Assembly: GCA_965214605.1 (NCBI GenBank)
Contig: OZ243961.1
Coordinates: forward strand, 3,072,001-3,136,000
Origin: an uncultured Candidatus Binatia bacterium
GTDB taxonomy: Bacteria; Desulfobacterota; Binatia; Bin18
Reading direction: 5' to 3'
Length of the DNA stretch: 64,000 bases
Under the pieces are notes generated by a model that was given only the letters and a program-made list of their open reading frames with translations, did not search any database and was not told where the DNA came from. Shown here one piece after another: positions 1-9,926 of the stretch. How positions within the stretch are numbered: position 1 is the stretch's first letter; the number at the start of each line of letters is the position of its first letter. The position numbers were made by a program, and so were the translations under genes.

Positions 1-560
1 GAAGGCTACCATCCGGTTTGTTGGCCAGTTGTCGTTGATCTTCTGCTGGGAGCGGCGATACGCGACGGAAGATTCATCGGTTTCCAGGCAAGGTACTCTA
101 GCGCCTATAGAAGTCCTGTCCTTGATGGTTACGACACCATCGGGACCCTTTTGCCGTGCGTTGTCATAAGCTGGGAAAGGCGACCTAGAGGAGGTCGTTG
201 CCGGTCGAGTGCACCCAGCTTCCGCAGAAGCACGGAGAGGTGGATACGGGCGTCGGTTTGATTCGCTGCCCAGTCCTGGCTCCAGGCAGCTTGCCTGGAC
301 GGTCAAGAAAATCGGGACGAAGGGCCGAACCTCAATGTCTTGTTCTTCATCGTGCTGTTCGTCTCGCTCGTACGCAGCTTGCGTATCAAGGAGCCACTTT
401 CGATCATCGCTACAAGGCTTCTCCGGCTTGAGCGCCATTCCTGGGGATGGCGCTCCACTAGATTGTTGATGTGACTCATCCCCATCTCAGCGTACCCACG
501 AACCCTTCCAGACCTAAACCGACGGGTATCCACACGAGTGTAGGTAGTCAGCGAGGGCGC
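1..560 (-). pseudogene. Frameshifted 5' remnant of a large HigA-type HTH-fused protein (HTH followed by a REase-like domain); runs off the window
   Basis: Stitched minus frames read ...KWLLDTQAAYERDEQHDEEQDIEVRPFVPIFLT / WAANQTDARIHLSVLLRKL / FPAYDNARQKGPDGVV. This matches my recollection of HigA-HTH-fused large proteins (LLRKLV...DFPGYDNAxRKGxDG). Multiple frameshifts. Confidence 0.5.
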
Positions 561-1473
561 CAATTTCGCTCAGCATTCAGCCAATCTGCCAGGATGTCAT
601 GCCGGGTCTACCGTATCAGACGACGCTGGCCGCTTTGATGAGCAGGTAGCTCGCGAAGATCAGCACCACCGCACCGATGATCATCATTCGCCGGGCTCAG
701 CACCCGGCTCGACACGGCCACGGTTACTCCCGGCTCCGCAGATAAAACCCGAGCACGAGCAGCACGGGTGCTGACCCGCAGCGCCGCCCACACGAGATCG
801 CACAACGCGACCTAGCCTTCTTGCCACCACGCCCGAAACGATCTGACGATCGCTCTTGTTACCCAGACGAAAATCGTCACGAGGACCACGTTCGCGATGG
901 TCGTGAGCCGGCGTCTCGGGTGTGATGCACGATCCGGTCTGGAACGCAACGCTTGGTGCAGGGATCATGGTGGTGCACCTCACTGTCGATAGTCGCCGTG
1001 CCGCGGCGGAAACGTCCGCGGTTCCCTACGGGGAGCATTGATGTGTTCCTGGCTCCCGGCACGGATAGGCTCAAGGCCAAGCCAGTCCCAGCGGAAGCGG
1101 ATGCGGTGTCGGGGCTCGAACGAGACTTAGCGTCGCGGTAAGCGATTTGAGCGCGTGAATCAGTCGCGCGAGGGTTTCGCGTCCGGCCTCAGGGTTGGCA
1201 ACCGCAGAGGCGCAGACCAAACAGGCCGGCAGTCCGACCAGTGCCGCCGGCCTTAAGTCGAGGGACAGATCTTGGGCTACGCATGGACTGGCTACTGGAA
1301 GCAGTACCACGTCGAGTCGACGTAAAATCGGGTCACAGTATGGCTCAGTTTCCTGGGAACCACCAGCCCTAGCCCCGAAACGCCTACCAACGCTTAATGA
1401 GGGGACTCCTCCTGTTCTTCGCCTTCGTAAATGGGTTGCCTCTTATGAATTTGTGGCACCTATTGAGCATCCA

Positions 1474-2042
1474 ATGGATGAACTGCCTCAAATCGACGTC
1501 CTGAGGTCGCCCACGAGAAGGGACCCCTACGAGTGACCTCAATGACTTGGGAGTGTCGAGGGGTTATCTGACTCGATAACCGCTACCGGAGAAGACAGCG
1601 CGTGAACTCTACCGCCTACCTGGCACCCGGCTGAGCCAATATGAAACCTTACCTGTCATTGCCGCGCGGACCCCTTAGGCGATTCTCTGCCTGCTTACGG
1701 CATTGCACATCTACGGTCTGACTGAGGAAATCCCCGAGCATGTTCGGATCGCTATGCCCCAAAGCTCCATTATCCATAACTGAAGATGGTCCAGGTTTCC
1801 GGAGGCAATTACTGCACCGCAGGAGAAGACATCGCCCTTGAGCGTGGTCGACCGGGATTCTATGGAAATGCTAAGGTGGTGACTGCTCCAAGCATAGGAA
1901 CAAGATCGCCCTTGATAATGCTCTCGACGCGCTCAAGAACTCCCTCCATAATAAGCTAGTCTCCTCCGACGAGCTCCGGTCGTACGCAAGGGCCGCTCAA
2001 GGCGTCGATGTCATACGGCCGTACATGGAGGCGGTCGCGTGA
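1474..2042 (+). pseudogene. Type IV TA AbiEi-family antitoxin pseudogene
   Basis: Not captured as a single ORF in the track. Stitched frames give AILCLLTALHIYGLTEEIPEHVRIAMP and DCSKHRNKIALDNALDALKNSLHNKLVSSDELRSYARAAQGVDVIRPYMEAVA*, typical AbiEi (COG5340-like) motifs. Contains stops and frameshifts. Confidence 0.7.
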
Positions 2043-2097
2043 AGCATCTCCACACAGCACCAAACCGAATATCTATATACCACTGAGGAGAGCGCAA

Positions 2098-4197
2098 TTG
2101 GATAAGGTGCAAGCTGAAGCGCTCTTGCGCACTGCTGTCGCGAATCCAAGCGCACGCTTTCGCAAAGGGCAATGGGAAGCGATTGATGCGTTGGTAAACC
2201 AACGTCGGAAGCTCATGGTGGTTCAGCGAACCGGCTGGGGTAAAAGCTCAGTTTATTTCATCAGCACTCGTATTCTTCGTGATCAAGGCGCCGGACCGAC
2301 GGTGATTGTTTCGCCCCTGCTTGCGCTAATGCGAAACCAGATCGAAGCCGCAACCCGAATCGGGATTCGAGCTGAGACAATCAACTCCACCAACCGCAGC
2401 GAATGGGAGGAGATTAAGGGAGACCTCCTTGCCGATAACGTCGACGCGGTTCTGATCTCACCGGAGCGTCTCTCCAACGAAAAATTTGTCGAAACGGTCT
2501 TGCTCCCAATCGCGCATCGTACGGGTCTACTAGTCGTCGATGAGGTGCATTGTATTTCCGATTGGGGCCACGACTTCCGTCCTGATTACCGTCGTCTGGT
2601 CCATGTTTTGCGCCAGATGCCACCCAATATACCGGTTCTTGGCACCACTGCTACCGCAAATGATCGTGTAATCAATGACGCAAGGCGCCAGCTGGGCGAC
2701 ATTCATATCAACCGGGGCTCGCTCGCCCGTGACAGCTTGTCCCTGCAAACACTGCGACTACGAGCCCAAGCTGAACGCCTTGCCTGGTTGGCTCAACGAA
2801 TCCCCGAACTTCCCGGTACCGGGATCGTATACGTCCTGACTATTCGCGACGCGGAGCAAGTCTCCGTATGGTTGACCGCTCGCGGTATATCCGCCCGAGC
2901 GTACTACAGTAGCGTAGAAAACGAGCAATTCGCGGACACGAACGCCTATCGTCAGCACCTTGAGGATCAGCTGCTCAACAACGGTATTAAGACCCTTGTT
3001 GCGACCACCGCGCTCGGCATGGGCTACGACAAACCAGACTTGGGCTTCGTCATCCACTATCAAGCACCAAGCTCAGTCGTTGCCTACTATCAACAGGTCG
3101 GACGTGCAGGGCGAGGAATCGATCACGCCGTCGGCGTCTTACTCTCGGGGCGCGAAGACGAAGACATTCATGAGTATTTCCGCCAAACTGCCTTCCCACC
3201 AGAGCGGGACGTTGACGCGATACTGTCAGCACTGGAGGACAGCGATGGCATGTCTGTTGGCGAGCTGCAACGTCATCTGAACCTCCGCCGAAGCCAGATC
3301 GCCAAGGTCCTCAAGATTCTCAGCGTTGAGAGCTCTGCTCCAGTTATTAAGCTTGGACGAAATTGGCAACGTACGCCGGTCTCTTTCAGGATGGATCAGG
3401 AACGAATCGATCGCTTGACCCAACAGCGGGAACTTGAATGGCAGGAGATCCAGGAATACATAGAGACCGACGGCTGCCTAATGGCTTATTTGCTGTGCGC
3501 TCTTGACGCTCCTCTCGTTGAAGACTGTGGCCGGTGCGCGAACTGTCTAGGGCGACCGATTCTCAGCCCAAACGTCGACCGGTCTCTTGTGATTGATGCG
3601 GCGAGGTTCTTGCGCAAATCCGAGTTCCCCTTCGAGTCCAAGATACAAGTCCCTGCAGACGCGTTTCCGGAGTACGGATTTGTTGGCAAGCTTCCGGTGG
3701 TATTTCGGGCCTCCGAAGGACGTATCCTTTCGCGCTGGGGTGATGGCGGTTGGGGCGCGTTAGTCGCAGCCGACAAACATGCCGGTCATTTCCGCGATGA
3801 GCTTGTCAATGCAATCGCCGAGATGCTCGAACAGCGCTGGCGACCCAACCCGGCACCACAATGGGTCACCTGTGTCCCCTCACTGAATCGTCCAGCGCTT
3901 GTTCCATCTTTCGCGAAGCGGCTTGCTGCACGGCTCGGTCTGCCGTTCCGAGGGATTATCCAGAAAGTACGACCAAATAAACCACAGAAGAATCAGCAGA
4001 ACCGCTACCACCAATGCCGCAATCTCGATGGGGTATTCGAGATTACAACAGAAGCCGTCGCCGGAACCCCAGTCCTTCTGGTCGACGATGTTATTGACTC
4101 TGGATGGACAATGACCGTACTTGCAGCATTGCTACTGCACGCCCGCAGCGGGCCTGTCTATCCCGTCGCGCTGGCTTCGACCAGTACTGGAAACTAA
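2098..4197 (+). CDS. rqlH: RecQ-family ATP-dependent DNA helicase with C-terminal phosphoribosyltransferase (PRTase) domain (RqlH-like)
   Basis: QRTGWGKS (motif I), DEVH-CISDWGHDFRPDY, TATAN, ALGMGYDKPD, YYQQVGRAGR, Zn site CGRCANC, PRTase signature VLLVDDVIDSGWT. TTG start at 2098 follows a GAGGAG RBS. Confidence 0.9.
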   Translation: MDKVQAEALLRTAVANPSARFRKGQWEAIDALVNQRRKLMVVQRTGWGKSSVYFISTRILRDQGAGPTVIVSPLLALMRNQIEAATRIGIRAETINSTNRSEWEEIKGDLLADNVDAVLISPERLSNEKFVETVLLPIAHRTGLLVVDEVHCISDWGHDFRPDYRRLVHVLRQMPPNIPVLGTTATANDRVINDARRQLGDIHINRGSLARDSLSLQTLRLRAQAERLAWLAQRIPELPGTGIVYVLTIRDAEQVSVWLTARGISARAYYSSVENEQFADTNAYRQHLEDQLLNNGIKTLVATTALGMGYDKPDLGFVIHYQAPSSVVAYYQQVGRAGRGIDHAVGVLLSGREDEDIHEYFRQTAFPPERDVDAILSALEDSDGMSVGELQRHLNLRRSQIAKVLKILSVESSAPVIKLGRNWQRTPVSFRMDQERIDRLTQQRELEWQEIQEYIETDGCLMAYLLCALDAPLVEDCGRCANCLGRPILSPNVDRSLVIDAARFLRKSEFPFESKIQVPADAFPEYGFVGKLPVVFRASEGRILSRWGDGGWGALVAADKHAGHFRDELVNAIAEMLEQRWRPNPAPQWVTCVPSLNRPALVPSFAKRLAARLGLPFRGIIQKVRPNKPQKNQQNRYHQCRNLDGVFEITTEAVAGTPVLLVDDVIDSGWTMTVLAALLLHARSGPVYPVALASTSTGN

Positions 4198-5625
4198 ATG
4201 ACAGTATCTCCAAGCACTCAGGCTGTGTTGCTCCTTACCGCGCATTTATCGAAAACCAGCGGAGATTCAACCAAGCCCTTAATGCCGAGGGAGTGGGGAC
4301 GTTTTGCAGTCTGGCTAAAGGAGCATTCGCTAAGACCCGAGCAACTCGTAAAGAGCCATCCCTCCGATCTTCTCGGAGGATGGTCCGACCGACAAATTCC
4401 CATTGAAAGAATCGAAGCATTGCTCAATCGCGGGCCCTTGTTGGCATTGGCAATGGAGAAATGGCTCCGCGCGGGGCTTTGGGTGTTGACACGTTCCGAT
4501 GCCGACTATCCGTCCCGACTCAAGAAACGCCTCGGCACCGTTTCTCCGGCCGTTTTTTTTGGCTGTGGGAACCGCTCACTGCTTAATAGCGGCGGCCTCG
4601 CGGTGATAGGTTCTCGAAAGGCCGTTCAAGAAGACCTCCAGTACTCCCGTCGACTCGGAGCAACGGCCGCGGGGCAGGGGTATGCGATAGTGTCCGGAGG
4701 TGCCCGCGGTGTCGATGAGGCTGTGATGTCAGGCGCCTTGGAAAGTGAAGGCACCGTTGTCGGGGTGCTAGCCGACAGCCTACTGCGCGCATGTTCCAGC
4801 TTAAAGTATCGGCGCCACCTAATGGCGAATAATCTAGTGCTTGTTTCGACATTCCACCCTGAGGCTGGTTTCAACGTGGGCAACGCCATGCGGCGGAACA
4901 AGTACATCTACTGCCTATCAGATGCGGCCTTGGTCGTTCACTCCGCCACGAAGGGTGGTACCTGGACTGGCGCGACTGAGAATCTCAAGCGGCGGTGGGT
5001 ACCGCTGTGGGTCAAACTCACAAAGGATAGAACTGCGGGTAATCTTGAGCTTGTGAAGCAAGGAGCTCGCTGGGCCACTGACACAGCTGAGGAAGTGGTT
5101 GTCGGTGAGATGCTTAAGAACAGCACGGAACCCAGAACCACGCCTGCTGCCCTTTCCTCTGCCAAGGAACGTCCCGAGTCAATTGCGCTGCCCATGGAGG
5201 AGGTGGCAACCCATACGAACTACGGCCCTCCTGCATCTAACGCTTCTGAGGCGACACTAGCCGTGGAGAAGATGGACCTGTCTGGTACAGGTGATGGAGC
5301 TGATGCATCCCAAACAGTTACGGAGGCGGCCAGCGACGAGCGTGAACAGGTTATACAGGGCGAACCTGTCGCCCATTCCGAAATAAACACCTGCACTTCG
5401 ATCACGACGATGTCTTTTTATGAGTTCTTCGCTCAGAAACTCTCAGAAGTCTGTCGTACATCCCCCAAGACACCCGGCGAGCTTGCAGAGATCTTTGATC
5501 TCAACAAGACGCAGACGAACGCGTGGCTTAAGCGTGCGGTTGGCGAAAAGAAGGTGAAGAAGCTCTCCAAGCCAGTTCGATATCAATGGATTGATTCGCA
5601 GCAGACGCCACTGTTTGACGGCTGA
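4198..5625 (+). CDS. rqlI: DprA/Smf-family protein with C-terminal winged helix (RqlI-like partner)
   Basis: LAVIGSRK, IVSGGARGVD, NAMRRNKYIYCLSD and GGTWTGA are DprA Rossmann motifs. The ATG directly follows the helicase stop codon. Confidence 0.85.
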   Translation: MTVSPSTQAVLLLTAHLSKTSGDSTKPLMPREWGRFAVWLKEHSLRPEQLVKSHPSDLLGGWSDRQIPIERIEALLNRGPLLALAMEKWLRAGLWVLTRSDADYPSRLKKRLGTVSPAVFFGCGNRSLLNSGGLAVIGSRKAVQEDLQYSRRLGATAAGQGYAIVSGGARGVDEAVMSGALESEGTVVGVLADSLLRACSSLKYRRHLMANNLVLVSTFHPEAGFNVGNAMRRNKYIYCLSDAALVVHSATKGGTWTGATENLKRRWVPLWVKLTKDRTAGNLELVKQGARWATDTAEEVVVGEMLKNSTEPRTTPAALSSAKERPESIALPMEEVATHTNYGPPASNASEATLAVEKMDLSGTGDGADASQTVTEAASDEREQVIQGEPVAHSEINTCTSITTMSFYEFFAQKLSEVCRTSPKTPGELAEIFDLNKTQTNAWLKRAVGEKKVKKLSKPVRYQWIDSQQTPLFDG

Positions 5626-6029
5626 CATCAGTATCTCCCGGTATAGATATTCTTTGAAGGTGTACTCTCCGTCACTGCCACGTTCAGCGCAAACAACCTC
5701 GCGAAAGGCAGCACTAGGAAACTTGGGCGCAGGCTGAAGGGTAGTGTTAGAGAGATCACCCGCGTGGGTACGAGCAGGGGCAGAGCCGAGTGTTTGATCC
5801 AGTGGTAGACGAAGAAGCCCTTGCGTCCCTCGCCCCATCCCATCGGCGCAGGTCGCGCTTCTCCAAACCGCTGATGAGGGCGACTAGGCTGAACATCACG
5901 AACACTGCCGTGGTGAGTACCAGAGGAGTTTTGGCGCTGGTTGAAACACAGGAGTGTTGAGATGGTCGCTTGTTGATAGCATGCTAGAGTGAGGGCGTGA
6001 GTAGGCGCGTCTACACATGGAGCGCAGTC

Positions 6030-6365
6030 TTGAAGATATTCTATTTGGCGACGGCAGTAGTAGGTGCAGTAGTGCCATGGGTGTTCTTTGGATCTTTCTT
6101 CGCGGCCCAGGGCTTTGATATTCCGCGGTTTCTGGCGGGCTTATTTGCGAATGGCGCGGCAGGCGGCTTCTCAGCGGATATCCTGATATCAATCGTAGTT
6201 TTTTGGGTTTGGTCTTTCCTTGATGCCCGAACGAATAGTGTTCGACATTGGTGGCTGGTATTGCCTGCCGGATTTTGTGTTGGACTGTCGCTCGTCTTGC
6301 CTCTGTACTTGTACTTCAGGACAGTGGCCCAGGAAGAGCTTGATCCCCTAGCAAAAACCCCCTGA
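6030..6365 (+). CDS. DUF2834-like small integral membrane protein
   Basis: Hydrophobic segments, with LFANGAAGGFSADILIS and CVGLSLVLPLYLYFR motifs. TTG start at 6030 after GGAG. Confidence 0.7.
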   Translation: MKIFYLATAVVGAVVPWVFFGSFFAAQGFDIPRFLAGLFANGAAGGFSADILISIVVFWVWSFLDARTNSVRHWWLVLPAGFCVGLSLVLPLYLYFRTVAQEELDPLAKTP

Positions 6366-6583
6366 CAAAACCTATCGGTCAAAACCGTTCGGAGCGTCGC
6401 ACGGCAACCGGGGACGCAAAACGAAAGAAATTTCCGCATCCACAAACCCTTGGAAAAATCTCCTTTGGTTTTGACACGTTCTTGTCCGGCCGGGAGAAGC
6501 TGACATTCGCCACGACCTACCGAATTGGTGAGTTGGGTTCCCTATGGACTTTTGCGGGATCAAAGATGGTGATGCGCTGTCAT

Positions 6584-6657
6584 TGGAGCGGATAGCGGGA
6601 ATCGAACCCGCGCATCCGGCTTGGGAAACTGGCAGGCTGCCACGACATTATACTCAC
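6584..6657 (-). tRNA. Degenerate (pseudo) tRNA-Gly(CCC)
   Basis: Reverse complement is GTGAGTATAATGTCGTGGCAGCCTGCCAGTTTCCCAAGCCGGATGCGCGGGTTCGATTCCCGCTATCCGCTCCA. It has a T-arm GGTTCGATTCC, anticodon CCC and a CCA end, with A-C mismatches in the acceptor and anticodon stems. Confidence 0.75.
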
Positions 6658-7533
6658 ACGCGCTCTGGACAGCCGCCCGCCTGGCCGGACGGAAGATCGG
6701 TTCGGCCCGCCTGCCGCTTTCCGCACCGTGTTTCTCTACAGCGGCGCAAAACCGCGCGGAGCCTGTACTTGCAACATTGATGTTGGTATCGGGGTGGTGC
6801 AGATTACAGCCGCTGAAGCGGGGGGGCCTTCAGGTGGCGGTGCAGCTCGCGCTTGATGGGTCTGCGCTTGAGGTCGCTCGGACAGAGATACGGTCGAGCA
6901 GGGACCTCCCGGATGCGAGAGTAGGGGCGTTGCGGACTATCTATCCTCGCCGCCCGAGTGATTGGTGGCGAGCAAGGCGCCGCATCGGAAGGAAAGAAGA
7001 CGTCGGGCTGCGGGCAGGAGGGCGGAATGCCGCTCGGGCCTCGCGGCCTTTGTGGTCGGTGATCTTGATATCGGGCGTCAGGCTCACGAAAAAAGGGCGG
7101 AGTTCGTACTCGGCCTCGCCTCCCTCGGTGACGAGGTTGGTCGACATGGCGGTGTTTCCCGTTTGGATGGGTTGCAGAGGAAAGGCACGGCGGCCTCGCT
7201 TGGTTTCCGCTGCCCCTGGGCGTGGTGCTCAAACCGTTCTTAACGCCCCATGCGCCCTTCCAGTGAGACCGCGAAGTATGATTCGCACTGGTAAGGGGCG
7301 CGTTTCGCATCATGCTCGAAATCCCCGGAACCGGGCGGGACTCGACGCCGAACGAGGGGCGGTCTAGGAAGTCGTCAGCAAGGCGTCGTGGGGAAGGCGA
7401 AATAGAGGAAGACAAAGGGCCCCACGTGCGGCGAAGAACGGGAGCTTGTAGCGAAGCCCCGGTGTGTGGTGTTCCATGCGCTCCCGGAACTGCGCTCCCT
7501 GCTTGAGATCGTGGAACCGTTTGCCTGTCCACT

Positions 7534-8409
7534 GTGCGGCCAGGAGGTCAACCCCACCAGCCGATTCGTATCAAACGACAGACGCGTCGAACTATCCGGA
7601 ACGCTACGGAATCCACCGGCAGTAGAACGGTAAGCCGGGCAGTTTGGAGGAGCGACAGTCAAGCTGCGATGTTGCTGAACTATCCGGCCGTTTCCGTTCT
7701 AGAGAGCAACGTGCTGTTTCCCGTCCACGAAGGAAGGTTGGGTGTTGGGCGCTTAACTGATCGCCATGGCAACCCAGATCTGATAGTGGAGTTCACTACG
7801 GAATATCTGACGCGGTATCGGGCAATCGCCCCAAAGGGCCGTTTGCCCCAGACGATAACCGAGATAATGCCAACGCTGCATCTGCTCTTAAATGACGCCG
7901 AGCTTGCGTTGAAAGCTGGCCTGCTCCGCTTGGGTAAGCCGGGGGGAGGGCATGACCTCCGAACACTCTTTTGCGGATTGGAGGATGAGCACCGGGAGGA
8001 AGCGGAGCGACGGTTTGTCGACGCCGCTCCAAACGCACCCCTGAAGGCTTTACGGGGCGAGCGCCCCACGGTGGAGAAGGTGCTGGACGTGTACGGCAAG
8101 GGCTTCGATGGAAGTTCGGTCTATATGCAAACTCGGTATGACGCAGAGCCAACGACGATGCTCCGGTCGCCGTTGCCGAAGGGCGCTAACCTAGAGTCCA
8201 AGACACATTGTATCCGATCTTTCTCCCGGCCGTCGTCTCGTAGAATCCGTCTGCCGGAACGCAGGCTTCGCGCGTGCCGTCTCAGCGCAGGTGTTGATGA
8301 GCTTGTAGCCAATACTGGCATCCCTGGGCCATCGGCCTTCAGCGAAGCATCGCGAGCCGCTGGCCGCCCTCATGCGCCCGAACGACCGTTACGTTCCGGC
8401 CCGGCGTGA
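7534..8409 (+). pseudogene. HEPN-like domain protein, probably decayed
   Basis: AELALKAGLLRLGKPGGGHDLRTLF resembles the HEPN E-x-x-LK...HDL motif. The 3' part looks frameshifted (alternative frame YPIFLPAVVS*). Confidence 0.4.
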
Positions 8410-8622
8410 CGTTGAAACGAAGCCCGAGGTTGCGCGACGGGCCGAACAGGCTTAGGAACTCGTACACCTCCCGCCAGCTAAAGTATTGCGTGAACCGGTA
8501 TGCGCTCGCCGCGCTGTCTAGTCAGGGTGTGAATGCAAACGCGTCGCTGCTGACGTGTGCGCGTCGCATATGAGCGCGTGATGGCTAAAGGCTCTAGGGC
8601 ACCTCGGCGCTCACGGACGCAC

Positions 8623-9429
8623 TCATTCGCACACGATGCCGTCGCCATCGCCGTCGCGCATGTAGCGATAGGCCGGATGACTGTGGCGAACAGGGGCGAT
8701 GCCGTGCCGGCGTGCTTCCTTGCAGGTGATCCGGCCGTTTCGGTTGTCGTCATAGCGTGCGAGTGCGTCGCCGTTGCCACCCGGATTCGTGCCGGCGCGT
8801 CGGCCGCGCGCGGTATCCTGGTGGCAGACCAGCGGCTCCAACGCAGTGCTCTGGCAGCGGGTGAGGATCCGCTCCAGAGCGTCTGCCTCCCGCCGGTCTA
8901 TGGTGAGGCCATAGGCACGACGCACCTCCACGACGCGGCTTGCGAACCAGCACCGATTGCGTCGCGGGAGCCATTCGGCTGCGTCCTTGTTGCTCTTCCG
9001 GTGGCGGTTCAGGCTCGGCGCGGCAAGGGTAAGGTTGCGAATGTCTCGGGCGAAGCGCAACCGTGTCGCGCGGTCCTGGGAGCACAGTCCCGAGTCATGG
9101 GCCTCGCTCATCGCGATGATGTGCTCGATGTCGGTCTCGGACGTCGAGGCGAAACAGGTCCCGGTATAGGGACCGTAGACCGTGCCAAGACGGCGCACGA
9201 TCTCGCGCTCAATCGACGGTGGGTAGCGGTAGTCTCGCTTCCTGTCGTAAGCGGAACAACGTTTCTCGGGCGCCACCGTCAAGCCGCGCCACGTCTCGGC
9301 GTGGGCAGTGTCGATGAGCGTGAGAACGACTCCAGCGGCAAGGCAGGAAAGAGCGAGGGCACGCAGGCGACGCCGGTTAGACCGTCGCGAAGTCAGATTG
9401 GACAGGAAACGTCGTTCAACGCACAGCAT
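8623..9429 (-). CDS. Secreted HNH/DUF1524-like endonuclease with C-terminal Excalibur calcium-binding domain
   Basis: Signal-like segment ending AHA/ET; DIEHIIAMSEAHDSG...NLTLA..LNRHRKSNKDAAEWLP HNH-type core; C-terminal ITCKEARRHGIAPV...YMRDGDGDGIVCE Excalibur motif. Confidence 0.8.
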   Translation of the reverse strand: MLCVERRFLSNLTSRRSNRRRLRALALSCLAAGVVLTLIDTAHAETWRGLTVAPEKRCSAYDRKRDYRYPPSIEREIVRRLGTVYGPYTGTCFASTSETDIEHIIAMSEAHDSGLCSQDRATRLRFARDIRNLTLAAPSLNRHRKSNKDAAEWLPRRNRCWFASRVVEVRRAYGLTIDRREADALERILTRCQSTALEPLVCHQDTARGRRAGTNPGGNGDALARYDDNRNGRITCKEARRHGIAPVRHSHPAYRYMRDGDGDGIVCE

Positions 9430-9512
9430 GAGCTTGTTGGCCTCCCTGCAGGAATTGCTGGTACGAAAACAAGGGAATATTGTCTCCTTAGCTTGAATTC
9501 ACTGCGTGGGGG

Positions 9513-9730
9513 ATGATCGTATTCGCCAAACTGACCTCCAAGAACCAGTTGACCATACCCACGGCGGTCACCGCCGCCGTGGAGGCCACCGAGTGTTTCG
9601 ATGTGACCACGGAGAAGGGCCGGTTCGTGTCAACCGTGCCGATGGCGCGCGTCGTGCAAAGCTGGCCGAGTTCCGGCTCTCGGAGGCCGATGTAAAGGAC
9701 GCGGTTTCTTGGGCCCGGTCGGGTGAATAA
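9513..9730 (+). pseudogene. AbrB/MazE/SpoVT-type antitoxin, frameshifted
   Basis: AKLTSKNQLTIP N-terminus; C-terminus RAKLAEFRLSEADVKDAVSWARSGE in another frame. Confidence 0.7.
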
Positions 9731-9926
9731 CGCCAGTCTGTCCGGTCCTTGACACAAAGGTAGTAGATGTTCTCCCACTGGAATAACGTATTATTTTTTC
9801 GATATAACCAGGCTATTCTACTTAATTCCGCGAGCGTCCCGCAAGCGGCTTCGAGTGAATTTTCCCGATGGCGTCGCGGTGCCGTCGATGGGATCAGCCT
9901 ATCCCATAGGGGTTCGCGGTACGCCG

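Noticed and set aside
608-1080. Membrane-protein-like fragments ending MMIIGAVVLIFASYLLIKAASVV*
   Set aside because: Too degraded to assign to a family.
2008-2097. Upstream ATG start of the RecQ ORF
   Set aside because: It overlaps the AbiEi remnant; the TTG at 2098 has a GAGGAG RBS and matches where the family begins.
6621-7532. Overlapping ~245-aa ORFs on both strands
   Set aside because: Arg/Pro/Ser-rich with no motifs; probably an unidentifiable eroded gene. I could not support an integrase or Rep call.
8557-9516. 319-aa plus-strand ORF
   Set aside because: Antisense shadow of the HNH-Excalibur gene; no motifs.
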